64,000 nucleotides of DNA from the human T2T-CHM13v2.0 reference genome, Homo sapiens: assembly GCF_009914755.1 (NCBI RefSeq), contig NC_060947.1. The stretch is one strand, 5' to 3'. A model generated the notes under the pieces. The model saw only the letters and a list, made by a program, of their open reading frames with translations, searched no databases and was not told where the DNA came from. The first letter of the stretch is position 1. Every line of letters starts with the position of its first letter. The translations under genes and the position numbers were made by a program. Below are positions 22,326 to 37,504 of this stretch, piece after piece.

Positions 22326-22808
22326 AAAGCTTACTCCCAGGACAGACTTAGGTAGTAGCCATTCACTTCCTGAATGCTTTCCCTTCCTATCTAGACACTT
22401 CAGGTGGATAAAACTCTTATTTATCCTATCACCTAATCATGTTTTTAGAAAAGGATCTTATGACAGCTGGTCACATTTTCCTCAAGCTCTTCTGTAAACT
22501 TTCAGGTAATTTTAAGTAGTACGGTATCTTACTCAAGTTGTATATGGTAGAATATAGAAGAGAGATTTCTATTTCTGGTGATATTTTAGGCTATATTTGT
22601 AAAGAGTCCTTCCAAATACAAAACACCTAAAAATAATGGATTTAAAACAAATAAAGCATGGCTGAGCTGGTGTGAAACCAACAGAAATCCTCAGAGGCCA
22701 GGAATGAGAAAATAATTACTGATCTAAAGAGATAAAAAAGCACTAAAATCCATGTTTACCCTGGTAGCCTGGAGCAGTGTTTCACAAACATGAAATCAAT
22801 TCAGTGGG

Positions 22809-23411
22809 TGCAATAGGCAGCATACAATATCACCCTTAATGATCCATACCTCTTGTTATTCATGACATTGTGTAGTCACCTACTTTTGAGTGTGGGCTGA
22901 ATCTAGTGACTTGTTTTTAACCCATAAAATAAGGCAAAAGTGATGGGATATCACTCCTGAGATTTTATCACAAAAAGACTGGCCGTCCATTTTGTTGGTC
23001 CTCTTTGGCTCTCTCATTGACTTGCTCTGTTGGAAGCCAGCTGTCATGTTGTGAGCTTCCCTAGGGAGAGACCCACATGGCAAGAAGTTGAGGATGATCT
23101 CTGGTCAAGAGCTAGTGAGAAACTAAGGACCTCATTCCAATATGTTATGAGGAACTGAATCTTGCCAACAACCTTGTGAGTAAGTTGGAAGTGGATCCCT
23201 ATCCACTCACTCCTACCCAGTAGAACCTTGAGATGACCAAAGCTTCAGCCAATACCTTGATTGTAGCCTTATTAGAGATACTGAGCCAGAGGACCCAGCT
23301 GAGCTGTGCACTGATCTCTGACCCACAGAAACAGACAAAATAGATGTTTGCTGTTTTAAGCCACTACGTTTTGAGGTTAATTTATTACACAGTAGTTGAC
23401 ACAATAATACA
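22809..23411 (+). mobile_element. MLT1-type MaLR solo LTR
   Basis: gagtgtgggctgaatctagtgacttg and gttgtttaagccacta-like motifs, ends taataca. Confidence 0.75.
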
Positions 23412-23446
23412 GTGGATCATAAAAAGCATATTTTTTGATTTAACAT

Positions 23447-23468
23447 ACACACACACACACACACACAC
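23447..23468. repeat. (AC)11 microsatellite
   Basis: Seen directly. Confidence 0.9.
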
Positions 23469-23837
23469 AAACGTGTGTGTTTATTGAGTGGCAAAGTAAA
23501 AAACAATGTTTCTTCTCTGGGCCATTGTCAAAGGATTGACACATTTCTGGCTTAAAACTTGGGCTTTAAGAGATAGCACGTATAGAAGATAGTAAACAAA
23601 ACTCTTTGGGCTCAAAGTAGGAAGTTGGATCTGAGAGCCTGACTAAAGTGTGGACCAGACAAAGGTGACGTAATCAGCGGGTGAAGAAGAAGCACCTAAC
23701 TGAGACTGTCTCAACCTTGGCTCAATCGTGGAGGGAAACAAAAGAGTGAACAGTTCCTGAGATTTCCTAGCCCAGTCCTGCATTTATGTGGGTTTGGGGC
23801 TGGGATGTACATTACCCGTGTAGGAAGAAAAAAAGCC

Positions 23838-23838
<1 letters not shown>

Positions 23839-23882
<44 letters not shown>
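23839..23882. repeat. (AC)22 microsatellite
   Basis: Seen directly. Confidence 0.95.
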
Positions 23883-23884
<2 letters not shown>

Positions 23885-25547
23885 AAAACCTGTATGAATA
23901 AGAATCCACAGAAACAAACCAAAGAATCAGAATTGCAAAAGCTATAATTGGAATTATCTGATTTATACTGTGAAATAAGCATTGGTTGTATGTTTAAAGA
24001 AATGAAGAAGGTATCAACAGTATGTCAACGAAATGTGAGACTATCAAAGAAAGACTACATGAATTTTTAAAAGAATCAAATACAGCTTCTAGAAATTAGA
24101 AATGAGAGCATTAAAATTAAAAACTCAATGTATGAGGGTTAAACAGCAAATTAAACAGAGGTGATGAGATAATTAATGAACTGGAAAATAAATCTGAAGA
24201 AATTATATAGAAAGTACTGTAGGAATAACAAGATATGGAAATATAAAATAGAGATTAAAACACATGGCTAGAATGATAAAGTCTACCATGGGTTTAATTA
24301 CAGTTCCAGAAAGAAAAGAATTGATGAAAGATACCAGTCCTCAAGTTAGGGAAGCCCAACTTTAAACAAAACAAACAAACAAAAAAAAACAAGCAACATT
24401 TAGAAAAATCATAATAAAATTTCAGAACACTAAAGCTGAATAGATCTTAAAAAGCAATCAAAGATAAAAGACAGTTTACCTAATGAGTAACAATTAGATT
24501 CGCAGTTGACTTCTCAACAACAATAATGAAAACCAGAGATAGTGAAATAATATTACTGAAGTTCTATGAGAAAATAACTTTTAACCCAGAATTGTATACT
24601 CAGAAATAAGTCTCTTCAAGAATGAGGATGCCATAAACACATTTTCATGCAAACAACTCTAAGAGAATTTATCACCAACAGACCCTCAATAAGGGTTCTA
24701 TGGAATGTACCTCAGACAGAAGAAAAATAGTACCAAAAGAAAGGGCTAAGAGACAAGAAGAAATGGTGAGCAAGTAAAATGGTAAACATGTGTGTCAAAC
24801 TAAGCCAACACTGACTTGAGAAACAACAATAAAAATGTCTATTTCATGGGTTTATAAAACAACTAAGCAAGGAACTTCTAGTTTCAGTTCCAAGAGCTTG
24901 GGAGTTCTTATTCTCATCTTTACAATAAGAAAAATTGGGTCACACTGAAAATCAATGACTTTTCTGGGACCCATTAGAGAACTGAGGCCATAGAGAAAAC
25001 TACTACCTTGAAATCTGAAGAGTCAGGCACTTTCAGAGAGAGAGAAAGCATCTGAAATTTGCTTATCTCGTGCGGAAAGCACTGGATGCCAGAAGCTATT
25101 TAATACTTAACTACTACAAACAACTTTACACTTGTAAATTTATCTATTTAGAATATATGGATCAATTCCTTGAAAACCACAGCCTCTCACAAGTCAACCA
25201 AAAATAAAACAGGCACTCGAATAATCCTATAAACATTAAAATAATTTAGTTCAACATAAAATCTCCAGAAATAGAAATCTCCAGACCCAAATGTGTTTAC
25301 TTCAAAAGTCTGTAACACTTTTAAAGAAGAATTAATGCAAATTTTAAACAACATTTTCAAAGAAATAAGAAGAGGAGGGAATATTTTCAACTAATTTTAT
25401 GAGGCCAGAATTACCCTGATATCAAAACCAGACAAATGAATTACCAAAAACCCAAAAACTCTATAGTCCACTCTGTCATAAACTTAGATGAAAAAATCCT
25501 CAACAAAATATTGGCAGACAGAATCCAACATTACATGAAAATAATTA

Positions 25548-25860
25548 CAGTCAGTCCTCCATATCTGTGGGTTCCACATCTGCAGATTCAACCAACAGCA
25601 GATAGAAAATACTTTTAAAAACAATAAAAATAACAAGAATAAAACACTACAAATAAAAAGCAATACAGTATAACAACCATTTACATAGCATTTACATTGT
25701 GTTAGGTATAATCTACAGATGATTTAAAGTAAATGAGAGGATATGTGTAAGTTATATGCAAACACTAGGCCATTTTATAAAAGGGACTTGAGCATTCATG
25801 GATTTTGGTATCTGCAGGGGTTCCTAGAACCAATCCTCTGCAGATACTGAGGGATGACTG
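25548..25860 (-). mobile_element. MER2-like Tigger-family DNA transposon
   Basis: CAGTC...GACTG terminal inverted repeats flanked by TA on both sides. Confidence 0.85.
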
Positions 25861-26279
25861 TATATGCAATGATTAAGTGGGATTTAGTACAGGTATGCAA
25901 GACTAGAATAAAATTCAAAAAATCAATTAATGTAATCCACCCTATCAACAAACTAAAGAAGAAAAATAAATACATACTGACAAAGCACTTCATAAAACCT
26001 ATTAATGATAAAAACTTTCAGCAAGTTAGGAATAGAGATGAATTACCTAAACTTGATAGGCACTCCTTTCTTTAAATAATTTTAATGAGTTTGAGCATTC
26101 AGCAATTTGTGAATTGGGAAGCACAATACACAAGCAGTTCAGGGCTCCACTGAGGGGGATCAAGAGAAAACTTTTATAAGGTGTTCTCAGAAGAAAGACG
26201 AAATAAATATTTGATTGCTTAAAGTAGAAAGTCCATAGTTAGAGGTTAGTTGGTGGTTTCTGAATGGTTAAGCTTAAGA

Positions 26280-27169
26280 TTTTATATTTTTATTTTTTAT
26301 TTTAAGTTCAGAGGTACATGTGCAAGTTTCTTAGTGAGATAAATTAATGTCACAAGAGTTTGTTGTACAGATTATTTTGTCACCCAGGTGTACCTATTAC
26401 CTATTAACTAGCACCCATTAGTTATTCTTCCTGATCTTTTCCCTTCTCCCACCCTCCACCCTCAGGTAGGTCTCAAATGTGTGTTGTTCCCCTCTATGTC
26501 CATGTGTTCTCATCATTTAGCTCCCACTTACAAGGGAGAACATGCAGTATTTGGTTTTCTGTTCCTTTTAGGTTGCTAAGTATAATGGCCTCCAGCATCC
26601 ATGTCCCTGCAAAGGACATGATGTCATTCTTTTTTATGGCTGCATAGTATTCCACGGCATACACATACTACATTTTCTTTATCCAGTCTATCACTGATGG
26701 ACATTTAGGTTGATTCCATGTCTTTGGTATTGTGAATAGTGCTGCAATGAACATATGTCTGCATGTGTCTTTATAATAGAACGATTTATATCCCCTTGGG
26801 TATATACCCAGTAATGGGATTGCTGGGTTGAATGGTAGTTCTGTTTTTAGCTCTTTGATGAATCACTACACTGCTTTCCACATGGTTGAGCTAATTTACA
26901 TTCCCACCAGCAGTGTATAAACATTCACTTTCTTCTGCAATCTCACCAGTATCTGTTATTTTTTGACTTTTTTATGATAGCCATTCTGACTGGTGTGAGA
27001 TGGTATCTCACTGTGGCTTTGATTTGCATTTCCCTAATGATCAGTGATGTTGAGCATTTTTTCATATGCTTGTTGGCTGTATGTGTGTCTTCTTTTGAAA
27101 AGTGTCTGTTCATGTCCTTTGCCCACTTTTTAATAGGGTTGTTTTTTTCTTGTAAATTTGTTTAAGTTC
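26280..27169 (-). mobile_element. 5'-truncated L1 (L1PA13-15-like)
   Basis: T-rich tail, L1PA-type 3'UTR and ORF2 end in antisense. Confidence 0.85.
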
Positions 27170-29225
27170 AACTTGATAAGAAACTTCTATAAAGCAAACA
27201 AAAACTATCACCAACATTATACTTAAAAGTGAAAGACTAAATGCTTTCCCCCTAACATCAGGACTAATGTAAGGATTTCCACCTTCTCCACTCTTTTGAC
27301 ATAGTACTAGAAGTTCTAACCACTGCAATAAGGCAATAAAAGGAAATAAAAGGCATACGGTTTGGAAAATAATTTTTAAAAAATCCCTATTTGCAAATGT
27401 CATGATTGTCTACATAGAAATATCCCCCTAAACTACAGAAATTCCTCGAACTAACAAGTGAGTTCATCAAGGCTGCAAGATACAAGATCAACACACAAAG
27501 ACAATCTTGAGACTTTCATTTCTGGCATGACAGCATGAGGAGCTCTAAAGACCCATTCTCTAATAAAACAAGCTCAGCTGGCAAAATTACAACACAACAA
27601 CCTTTTAAAATCTCTGGAAATTGTCTTAATGGAATACAGTACATGAAGATATTTTTATTCAAGAAAATCTACTGAAATGTGGTAAGAACACAGTCTTTGA
27701 TACATGTGCCATGCTACTGTTCCCGACCTTACTACTGTCCCCTCACTACTGGCTCCAAGCTTAGCTTGATAGAAGCTCCACTTAAGGTGTGTATAGCCAA
27801 GATGAAGCTCCCTTTCGTCTTGGAGAGAATGTCCCATCAATACTTTGGCATCTTACTGGAAGGAGCAGAGAGCTAGCATTTAGCATTCCCTTCAGCTCAG
27901 AATTGCAGAGGCTAAATTCCTGGCAAGTGTGGTTAAGAGGTTGGAGGATCCCTTCCTCCTCCCAGTTTTTACTCATAGAATGGAGGCTATATACCAGGTG
28001 CAATAGGCTAAGAATACTGAGGTCCTGATTACCCTCATTCCATCTTGCTCACAGGGTAGGTTCCACACCAGGATAGGCAAACTAAGACCAGAAGCTGCTG
28101 TCTCGCCCAGCACCCAGAACAGTGCTCAGACAGTATACCCATGGAGAGAAGAAATTCATAAGATGAGAGAGCTCTGAAACTCTCCCCCCAAAACTAACTT
28201 TATTTTTAACATAGTACAAAGAAGCTCAAGCCCAAGGATGTTCTCAAAAACTACAAGTTCACTTAACTAACAGCAACATAGGCCAGCTTGTTCATCAGAG
28301 AGAACAAGAGAGAGAGGGACAGGTAAGAAGAGCCCTTCTGGGGTATGAAGAAACCTCCAAGACTTACTTCACAAACTACTCCTGCTAGAGTTTAATTAGA
28401 TAAGGCTGCTGGGCAATGCATGCTTCAGGACACTGCCAAACAAACAAACAAACAAAAAACAAAAACAAAATACAGCATTCAGCTAGTAATTAGTGGAGCC
28501 TAGAGTGTAATACCCCCATGTGGGCTGACAGCTTAATAGAGAGACTGGGAAAAAGTCAAAGAAAGCCCAAATTACCTGCAAGCCAAAAACTATGCACTCC
28601 AAGAAGCAACACTGAAGGGTTCACACTGCAGGGAAACATACTTTAAAAATAGCCTAGCCAAGTCACAAAGCAAAGAGTTATATAGAAATAAGGAAATGAT
28701 ACCAGAAGGTAATTCAAACCCACAGGAACAAATGAAAATAATAGAAAATAATAAATACATACATGTTCTCCTTAATTTTCTCAGCTTCCTTAAAACATAA
28801 AATTATATAAAATAATACTTATAATGATGTATTATTTAGTTTTTAGCATATACAGATATAATATATATATTATAATAGCTCAAAAAGGAAGGTGAAAGAG
28901 AGCTATATATGAGTAAAATTTTTATATCTCATTGAAATTAAATTAGTACAAATCTGAAGCACACTGATGTATGATGTATGTGAAAAGCCCTAGAACAACC
29001 ACGAAGAATATACCTAAAAAATATATAATAAAAAATGATCAAATGAATTAAAAAGTTAAACTAGAATAATTCATTTAATGCAAAAGAAAGCAGTAAAGGA
29101 AGAATAGAGAGAAAAAGACATGAGCTCTATGGAAAAATAAAACTGCATATTTAAACCAACTATATCAATAATGATTTTAAATCAGAACAGATTAATCAAC
29201 CCAATCAAAAGGTAGAGAATATCTA

Positions 29226-29483
<258 letters not shown>

Positions 29484-32400
29484 TCATGCAAACAACAACC
29501 ACAAGAAATTTGGAGTGACCATACTAATATGAGACAAAATGGATGTTCAAAAACATTACTAGAGATATATAGGGACATTCAATAATGACAAAAGGGTCAA
29601 TCCATAATGAATATATCACAAGTATAAACGTATATGCCTAAACAACAGAGCTGCCAAATACATGAAGCAAAACTGGCAGAATTGAAGGGAGAAATAGACA
29701 ATCCACTGACAATAGTTGGAAACTTCAAGACCACTCTTTCAATAATGGATAGAACAACTACATAGAAGATCAACAACAGGGAAATAGAGGACTTCAACAC
29801 AAAGTAGTAATAACAAACATCTGTAAAACACTCCATCTCCAAACAGCAGACTATACATTTTTCCAAAGTGTACATCAAACATGCTCCAAGAGAGACAATA
29901 TTCTAGGCCATAAAAGAAGCTTCAATAAATTTGGAAGAATGGAAATCATATAAAGTATGTTCTCCAATCATAATGGAGTAAAATAAAAAATTAATAACAG
30001 AGAGAACTTTGGGAAATTCACAAATATGGGAACCTAAAGGAAACAGAAGAAGGATATAATAAGGATTAGAGGTGAAAATAATAAAACAGAGACTAGGAAA
30101 ACATTAGAAAAAAATCAACAAAATCAAAAGTTGGTTATTTGAAAAAATTAATAAACTTGACAAACCTTTAGTGAGACTGACCAAGAAAAAAAAGAGAAAA
30201 CTCAAATTAATAAATTCAGGAAAAAAAGAGGAGACATTACTACTGACTTTATGAAAATAAAAAGAATTATAAGGGAATATTATGAACAATCATAAACTGT
30301 ATGCCAACACAATAAATGCCTTAGGTGAAATAGATAAATTATTAGAATGATACAAACTCTCAAAACTGACTAAAAAAGAAATGAAATCTAAATAGATCTA
30401 TAACAAGGGGTTGAATAAGTAATGAAAAACCTTGCCAGAAAGAAAAGTCCAGGATTAGATGGTTTCACTGGTGAATTCTACAAACATTTAAAGAATAATA
30501 CGATTCTTCAAAAGCTCTTTCAAAAAGTAGAAGAGGAAGAAGCACTTCCCAACTCATTCTATGAGGCCAGTATTTCCGTGCTACCAAAGTTAGGCACATA
30601 TATTAGAAGAAAAGAAAATTATAGACCAATAGCTGTTGTGAATATGGATGTAAAAATCCCCACAAAACACTAGCAAACTGAACCCAGGAATGTATAAAAG
30701 GATTTATATGTATACATTATATATATGTATATATTATACTTATACTTTTTACATCACAATCAAGTTAGATTTATTATAGGAATGCAAGCTTGATTTAACC
30801 TTTGAAAATCAATTAATGCAACAGATCACATCAATAGAATTAAGGACAAAAAAACCAAATGATCATCATAATAGGCACAGATAAAGCATTTGGGAAATTA
30901 AATACCCCTTCATGATAAAACCAACAACAAATTAAAACTAGAAGGAAAGGCCCTAAACCTAATAAAAGACACCAATGAAAAACCCACAGTGAATATCACA
31001 CTTAATGGTGAAAGATTGAATAGTTTCTCCCATGCCGCCTGCCAAGATCAGTAACAACAGAAGGATGTCTGTTTTCATCTCATCTTTTCAACATTCTAGT
31101 AGAGGTTATAGCCAAGGTAATTAGGTAAGAAAAAGAAAATAAAAGGCATCTGGATTGGAAAGGAAGAGATGAGATTATTTCTATTTGCAGATAACATAAT
31201 CTTGTATATAGAAAATCCCAAGGAATGCACTAAAAAACACCATTGGACCTAATAAATGAGTCCAGCAATGTTGCAGAATATAAGATCAATATATAAAAAT
31301 CAATTACATTTCTATAAAGTAGCCATGAGCAAACAAAATGAAATTAAGTAAAACAATTTTATTTACAATAGCATCAAAACAATAAAATGCTTAAAAGAAC
31401 ACTTTAAAAAATGTAAAACACTCTGAAAACTGCAAAACATTGGTGAATATAATTAAAGACCTAAGTAAATGCAACAACATCTCATGTTCAGGGACCTAAA
31501 ACTTATTATTGTTAAGATGGTAATATTCCCTAACTAATCTATAGATTAAATGCAGCTTCTGTCAAAGTTTCAGCTTAATTCTTTGCAGAAATTAATAAAT
31601 TGGTCTTAAAATTTATATGGAAATGCAAAGGACCTAGAATAGCCAAAACAATCATAAAAACAATCTGAAAAAGACCAAAATTAGAAGACATACTTCCCAA
31701 TTTCAAAATTACAATTAAACTACAATAATCAAGAATGTGTGGTACTGGTATAAGGGTAGAGATACATATAAACAAATGGAATAGAACTGAGAGCCCAGAA
31801 GTAAACCCTTCAACTTATAGTCACCTGATTTTCATCAAGGGTGCCAAGACAATTAAGTAGGGGAAAGAAGAGTCTTTTCAAAAAATGCTGCTAGGACAAC
31901 TGGATAGCCACATGCAAAAGAACGAAGCTGGATTCCCATCTCACACCACATGCAAATATTAACTCAGAATAAATTGAAAAACCTAAATGTAAGAGCCAAG
32001 ACTATAAAACTCTTAGAAAAAAGCCTAGGCATATATCTTTGTGACTTTGCATGCTACAACATGGATTAACCTTGAAAACATGCCCAAAGAAACGAGCCAG
32101 ATACAAAAGGCCACATATTGTATGATTCCCCTTATATAAAATGTCCAGAATAGGCAAATTCATTGAGACTGAAAGTAGATTAGTGGTTGCCAGGGGCTAA
32201 GGGGAGAGGGTCATCTGGAGTGAGTCTAGAGTATGGAATTCCTTTTTGGCATAAAGAAAATGTCCTGGAATTAGTGGTGATGGTTACACAACTATGTGAA
32301 TATACTCAAAACCACTGTATACTTCAAAATGGTGAATTTTATGGTATGTGAATTATATCTCTATCAAAAACAATTTTTTAAATGTAGGAAAACACATACC

Positions 32401-34635
32401 AGGCAAATATTAAGCTAAATAAAGCTAATGTAGGTATATTAATATGAGAAAAAAGATTGATTATAGGGCAAAAACATCAATGATACCAAATTACCAGGTA
32501 TTACCAGAGTTAATAATTTCCTTACATGGTGATAAAATATTCAATTCACAAGGAAGATATAGCAATTCTAAATTTGTTTGTAACTACGAACTTTCAAGAT
32601 TGACAGAATTACAAGGAAACATTAACAAATTTTCCATATCAACAGGCAGCCAAAACCCCAGAAGAATATAGAACATTTGAGCCAGATTAACAAACACAAC
32701 TTAATCGAGGTATATAGTACACTAAACACAACTGTAAAACGCACATTCTTTTCAAGTGCTCTTGGAACATTTACCAGATTGTCCATAAGTTGGTCCATAA
32801 AGCAAGTCTCAACAGATTTCAAAGAACTGAAATAATACAAAGTTTGTTCTCTGACCAGAATGGAATTAAAATAGAAATGACAAGAGCACTGATCTATCAA
32901 AACAGAAGCTGGTCCAAGGGCTGGCACCAAGTACTGGAGGCCTCCTGCTGTGGTAGGCATTAATCCTTTAGTTGCTAGATGATAATCAGTAGGTCCTGGC
33001 TATCCTGGGAAAGGAATTGAGGTGGCCAGGGTAACTGGGTAAGTGTTGGAGAGACTAAAAAAGCCTGGGAGAGTGCCTATTTATAAAATGGACTAGAAAT
33101 ATTCTGAAAATTCATATGGCCATACGATTGTGAATCTGTGGAATATCAGCCCTGTTTAGTAGGCCAATTATCTCATTGGACACTTAAATTAGAAAAGAAG
33201 AAAGTCTGAAAATGAATGAGCTGAGCAGCAGGCAACTCTATGAGTTAAAAAAGAACAACAGAATAAATCCAAAGAAAGTAGGAGAAACAGAATAATGATG
33301 AAAAAATAGTTAAATAGAAAATAAAGATAAAAAAGGATCAAAAAGTCAAAAGTTGATTATTTTAGAATTATAAAAGTGTCAAACTTATAGCAAGATTGAT
33401 CAAGAGAAAAAAGGTGCAAATAAATAATATTATAATGAAAGAGAAGCTATAACTACAAATGCAACAGAGATAAAAAAGATACAAAGATAAGAACTTTACA
33501 CAAAATAAATTTGAAAACTATGTGAAGTAGAAAAATTCATAGAAAACCATAACTTAGGAAAGCTTAAGAAAGCTAACTTTAGTGGAAATAGCAAACTGAA
33601 AGGACTCTATAACTGATAAAAGAGATTGTATCAGTTAAAATGTTAAAGGAGACACCAGGTCCAGATATTTTACCTGGAAATGCTGCCAGGTAAAATATTT
33701 GAGGAATGGCTAGTTCTGCAGACAACCTCTGTCAGAGGACAGAATGAAAGGAAATAGTTCCCACCTGATTTTATGAGGTTAGTGTAATCTTGACACTCTT
33801 GGAAAAATCACAGGCCAATCTCTTTCCTGAGCAAAATGCTAAAATCCTAAACAAAAAATTAGTGAAAGAAATTCAGAAGTTTTTATTTATCCCAGGACTG
33901 CAAGATTATTTCAACACAAGAAAAACTCTAATGTATTGTACCACATTAATGGGTTAAAATAGAAAATTAATGTCATTTCAGTGAATACAGAAAACATGTT
34001 TAATAAAATTCAATATTCATTCATCTTTTAAAAATTGTATTGGCAAACTCAGAATAAACAGGAACGTCTTTAACCTATTAAATGATATCTACCAAAAAAA
34101 CTACAGCAAATTTGCTCAATGGTGAAACTTAAAATCGGGATCAGCATAAGAATATACATTATTAACATTTCTTTTCAACGTGTACTGCACATCTCGTGTG
34201 TGTATATTAAAGGCGGGAGGTCTTAGCAGTGTAATAATATAAGAAAGATAAAAATGAGGGTTGTGGGGAAAATGAAAGCTGTCATTTACATACAAATTAT
34301 CAAAACTCATAAGAAAGTTTAGCAGGTTTGCTAGTTACAAATTCATTACATGAAAAACAAATACAGTTGTATACATTAGCAACATACTGCTATAAAATTT
34401 AATTTTCTAAAAAGGTACTGTTTAAGATAGCAACAAAAAATAAGCCAAAAAAATCTTACAATGGCATGCAAACCTTTTATAGATTAAATTATAAAACTTC
34501 ACTCAACATGAAAAAGTCTGAATATATGGAGTGATATACCGTGTTTAGGGAAGACTCAATGTCACAAAGATGGCAACTCTCCTCAAATTGACTGATTTAC
34601 AGATTGAATGTAATTTCCATCAAAATCCCAAAAGT

Positions 34636-34652
34636 TCTCTCTCTCTCTCTCC

Positions 34653-34698
<46 letters not shown>
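34636..34698. repeat. Compound (CT)n(GT)n microsatellite
   Basis: Seen directly. Confidence 0.95.
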
Positions 34699-34701
<3 letters not shown>

Positions 34702-35419
34702 TATATGTGTGTAACTTGGAAAGCTGATTCCAAAATTTATGGAGAAGGGCATTGGACCAAGAATAGCCAAGACACTCCATAAGAAGGACAAGATGAAGGG
34801 ACTTGCTCTACCAGGATAAAGGTACAAGAATGCCCATTGGATTATTCTTCATAATCAAAAATTAGAAACTAACCAAATGCTCAACAATAGTAAGATGGAT
34901 AAACTGTGGGATATTCACAAGGGGAATAAACAAACTACAACTGCTTGCAACGATAAAATGGGTGGTTCGCATAAACATAATGTTGGATGAGAAAAGAATA
35001 TGCACAGCTGTTCAAGTACTTTACATGTTAATGTATTTAATCTTCAAAATAACATTAAGTAACTGTGTGTCTGCTAGAGAGGATGCTCCAAGAAAAAGGT
35101 GATTCAGACCTTACAGGGACCAATAGACTGGCCTCCCTAGCAAGAAGTGAACCAGACATTGTCCAGACTTGGCAACCACTATCTAAGTTTTTTGCATCTA
35201 TGGTCTGATAAAATTTAGTCAAATATTAATGAGTGACTGTCTTGTACACACAGAGCCCCATTCTTGGCTATGGTGAGTGGTAGAGTGGAAGTAGCACAGA
35301 GTGACCATTTACTGAGCATCTACTATGAGCCAGGATCAGGGCCTGATGTTGAGGATATGATGGTAAATAAGACCACACACCCGCTTTCTTGTTTATATAA
35401 CAAGAACAATAATAATTAG

Positions 35420-35640
35420 GATAATTAACAATTACTGCGTATGTACTATGTGCTGGACACTCTTCTAAGCACATCCCATGCTCCAGTTCATTTAATCTTC
35501 ACAACTACACTGTTATTAACTTCCTTTTACAAGTGAGGAAACAGAAGCCAAGAGAGGTTAAGAGAGTTGTCCAAGGTCACAGACACAGGGGGAGATAGAG
35601 CTGGAACTCAAACCTAGGCAGTCTGGATCCAGAACCTCTG
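35420..35640 (-). mobile_element. MIR SINE
   Basis: ttttacaagtgaggaaacagaagc...ccaaggtcaca core. Confidence 0.7.
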
Positions 35641-37036
35641 AATCAGTGAATTACTCCCAATAACACTGGGTTGCAGGCATTAATCCTGTTTTATAGCTGA
35701 GGAAAGTGACACTCCAAACAAAAGTAAGCACATATTTATTTTTCACCTTCTATTTGATAGAGACTATATTAGGTGATTTATGTATATTATCTCTCCAACT
35801 TGAAAGACACAGTTCCCAGGACTATAAGCATTCTAGCTCTGGAGGACCCGTGTATGCAGAGAATGGCTTGCTTGTTTGTCAACTAAACAGCCCCTTGGAA
35901 AAGGCCAAGAGTGGCTGGCTGGGCGAGGGTACCTCTCAGTCTCCAGGCTCCTAGATCTCCAGATGAGTGAGTGAGAGAGCTGGTGGAGATAAGAAAGAGA
36001 GAGAATAGGAGCCTAGTCTTTTTTCTCTCTCTTCCTCCACCCACACCCTACCTCCTGTATATTATAACTATATTTAACATCCTATATGCTCCTAGATCCT
36101 CTAAGCAACTACTGCTACCCCCAATATCCCTAAGCCTGGGCCTCCTCTAGCATTAGCAGACTGGAAACTTGGTTAGCTGGCCTTTGGGGTGTCTGAGTCC
36201 CACAGTCCACAGCTGCCTTATCTTAACCCACCTTATGGCCACTCAGGCCACAATCCCTGGGCTGGATGCACCTTGGTCCACCACTGTCGCCTGTTATCTA
36301 TGGGAAATGGTACACTCCAGATTTTGTTTTAAATATGTACAGGTTTTGTTTTGCCCTTGATCTTTCTTAAATTTCCAAAGTGAGCACCACACCAGTGGGC
36401 TGGCCCTGAGAGACTGCCTCTCTCAAATTTCCAGAGCAGCAAGGAAGTCCATATGTGCCAGGAAGGCAACACTGGAGACAGGACATTAAGTGTTTCCCAA
36501 CCTAGGCAGGTATAGACTCAGAAAAGGCCTGAGAAAGGAGAGGAGCAATACTGACCAGTGACATGGCACTGTTGTGTACCCAGCACCTGTCCCCTGAAAG
36601 ATGATGCCAGGAGCCATCACCTTATTTCACCCAGGCACTATCAGTCAGGCAAGACCAACTCCCAGACACTTCACAGAAGTCACCAAAATGAAACATACTA
36701 GGCTATCACTGAACAGTCCTAAACTAGAAATCTTAAATTCCAAACAAGAAGCATTCCAAACAAGCTCTGCATAAGAAAGGAAAAGTTCCTAAAGATCCCT
36801 CTGATTAAGATGGTCTTAACCTAATCCTCCTTTGTCTTCATCTCTCTTTCCGCCTGTCTTCTCTCTCATTCTTTTCCTCACGTTTTTGACACTAGCCTCT
36901 ATTTCATCCAGTTGTTCATCTATTCCAACTTTTAGGTTGAGGTAGGAGTGGATGGCAAGGGGAGGTGCATCCTTTGCTCTTCTACACCCACTCTACCACC
37001 ACCACCTTTAAACCCACGGAAGCAAACCCCACTTAC

Positions 37037-37133
37037 AGCCCCTTCTCCGTTGCAGCCTGCTGCTGCCGCTGCTGTGTGGAATCCAGATCTTCTGCAACCT
37101 GGTTTGGGTGAGCTCTCCCATCTCTGGAGACAT
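37037..37133 (-). CDS. PFKFB1: PFKFB1 liver-type first coding exon (MSPEMGELTQTRLQKIWIPHSSGSSRLQRRRG+T)
   Basis: ATG at 37133, 97 bp to a gtaagt donor; phase 1 joins exon 2 to give the RRRGS PKA site. Confidence 0.96.
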
Positions 37134-37504
37134 CTTAGGAGTCGCACCGAATGACATCACTGCCCACAAGGTACCTGGCCTCACTTCCTATCTTACTAGC
37201 TGTCTTTTCTCTCGCTGTGGCCACAGCAGCAGGTGGACAGGGCTGGGACAGGGGGTGTACTGGGTTTCTGAGCCCTCTCAAAGTCTGTCTTCAGTCCCCT
37301 CTCTTCTTTCCTCTGGTCCTAGCCTGCCTCTGCTCCTGTATGTACTAGTGGGGTATTGGGTGCAGAGGGCGAGAGGTTGGGCAGAGGTCAGGAGAGGCCT
37401 CTGAACTCCAAGGGCTGTGTACATAGGAGGTAAGTTGGAGCCCAACAAGGAAGGCAGCCAGCAACACAGCCCAGGTCTGACCAGTCACTTCCCTCCAATG
37501 AAGA

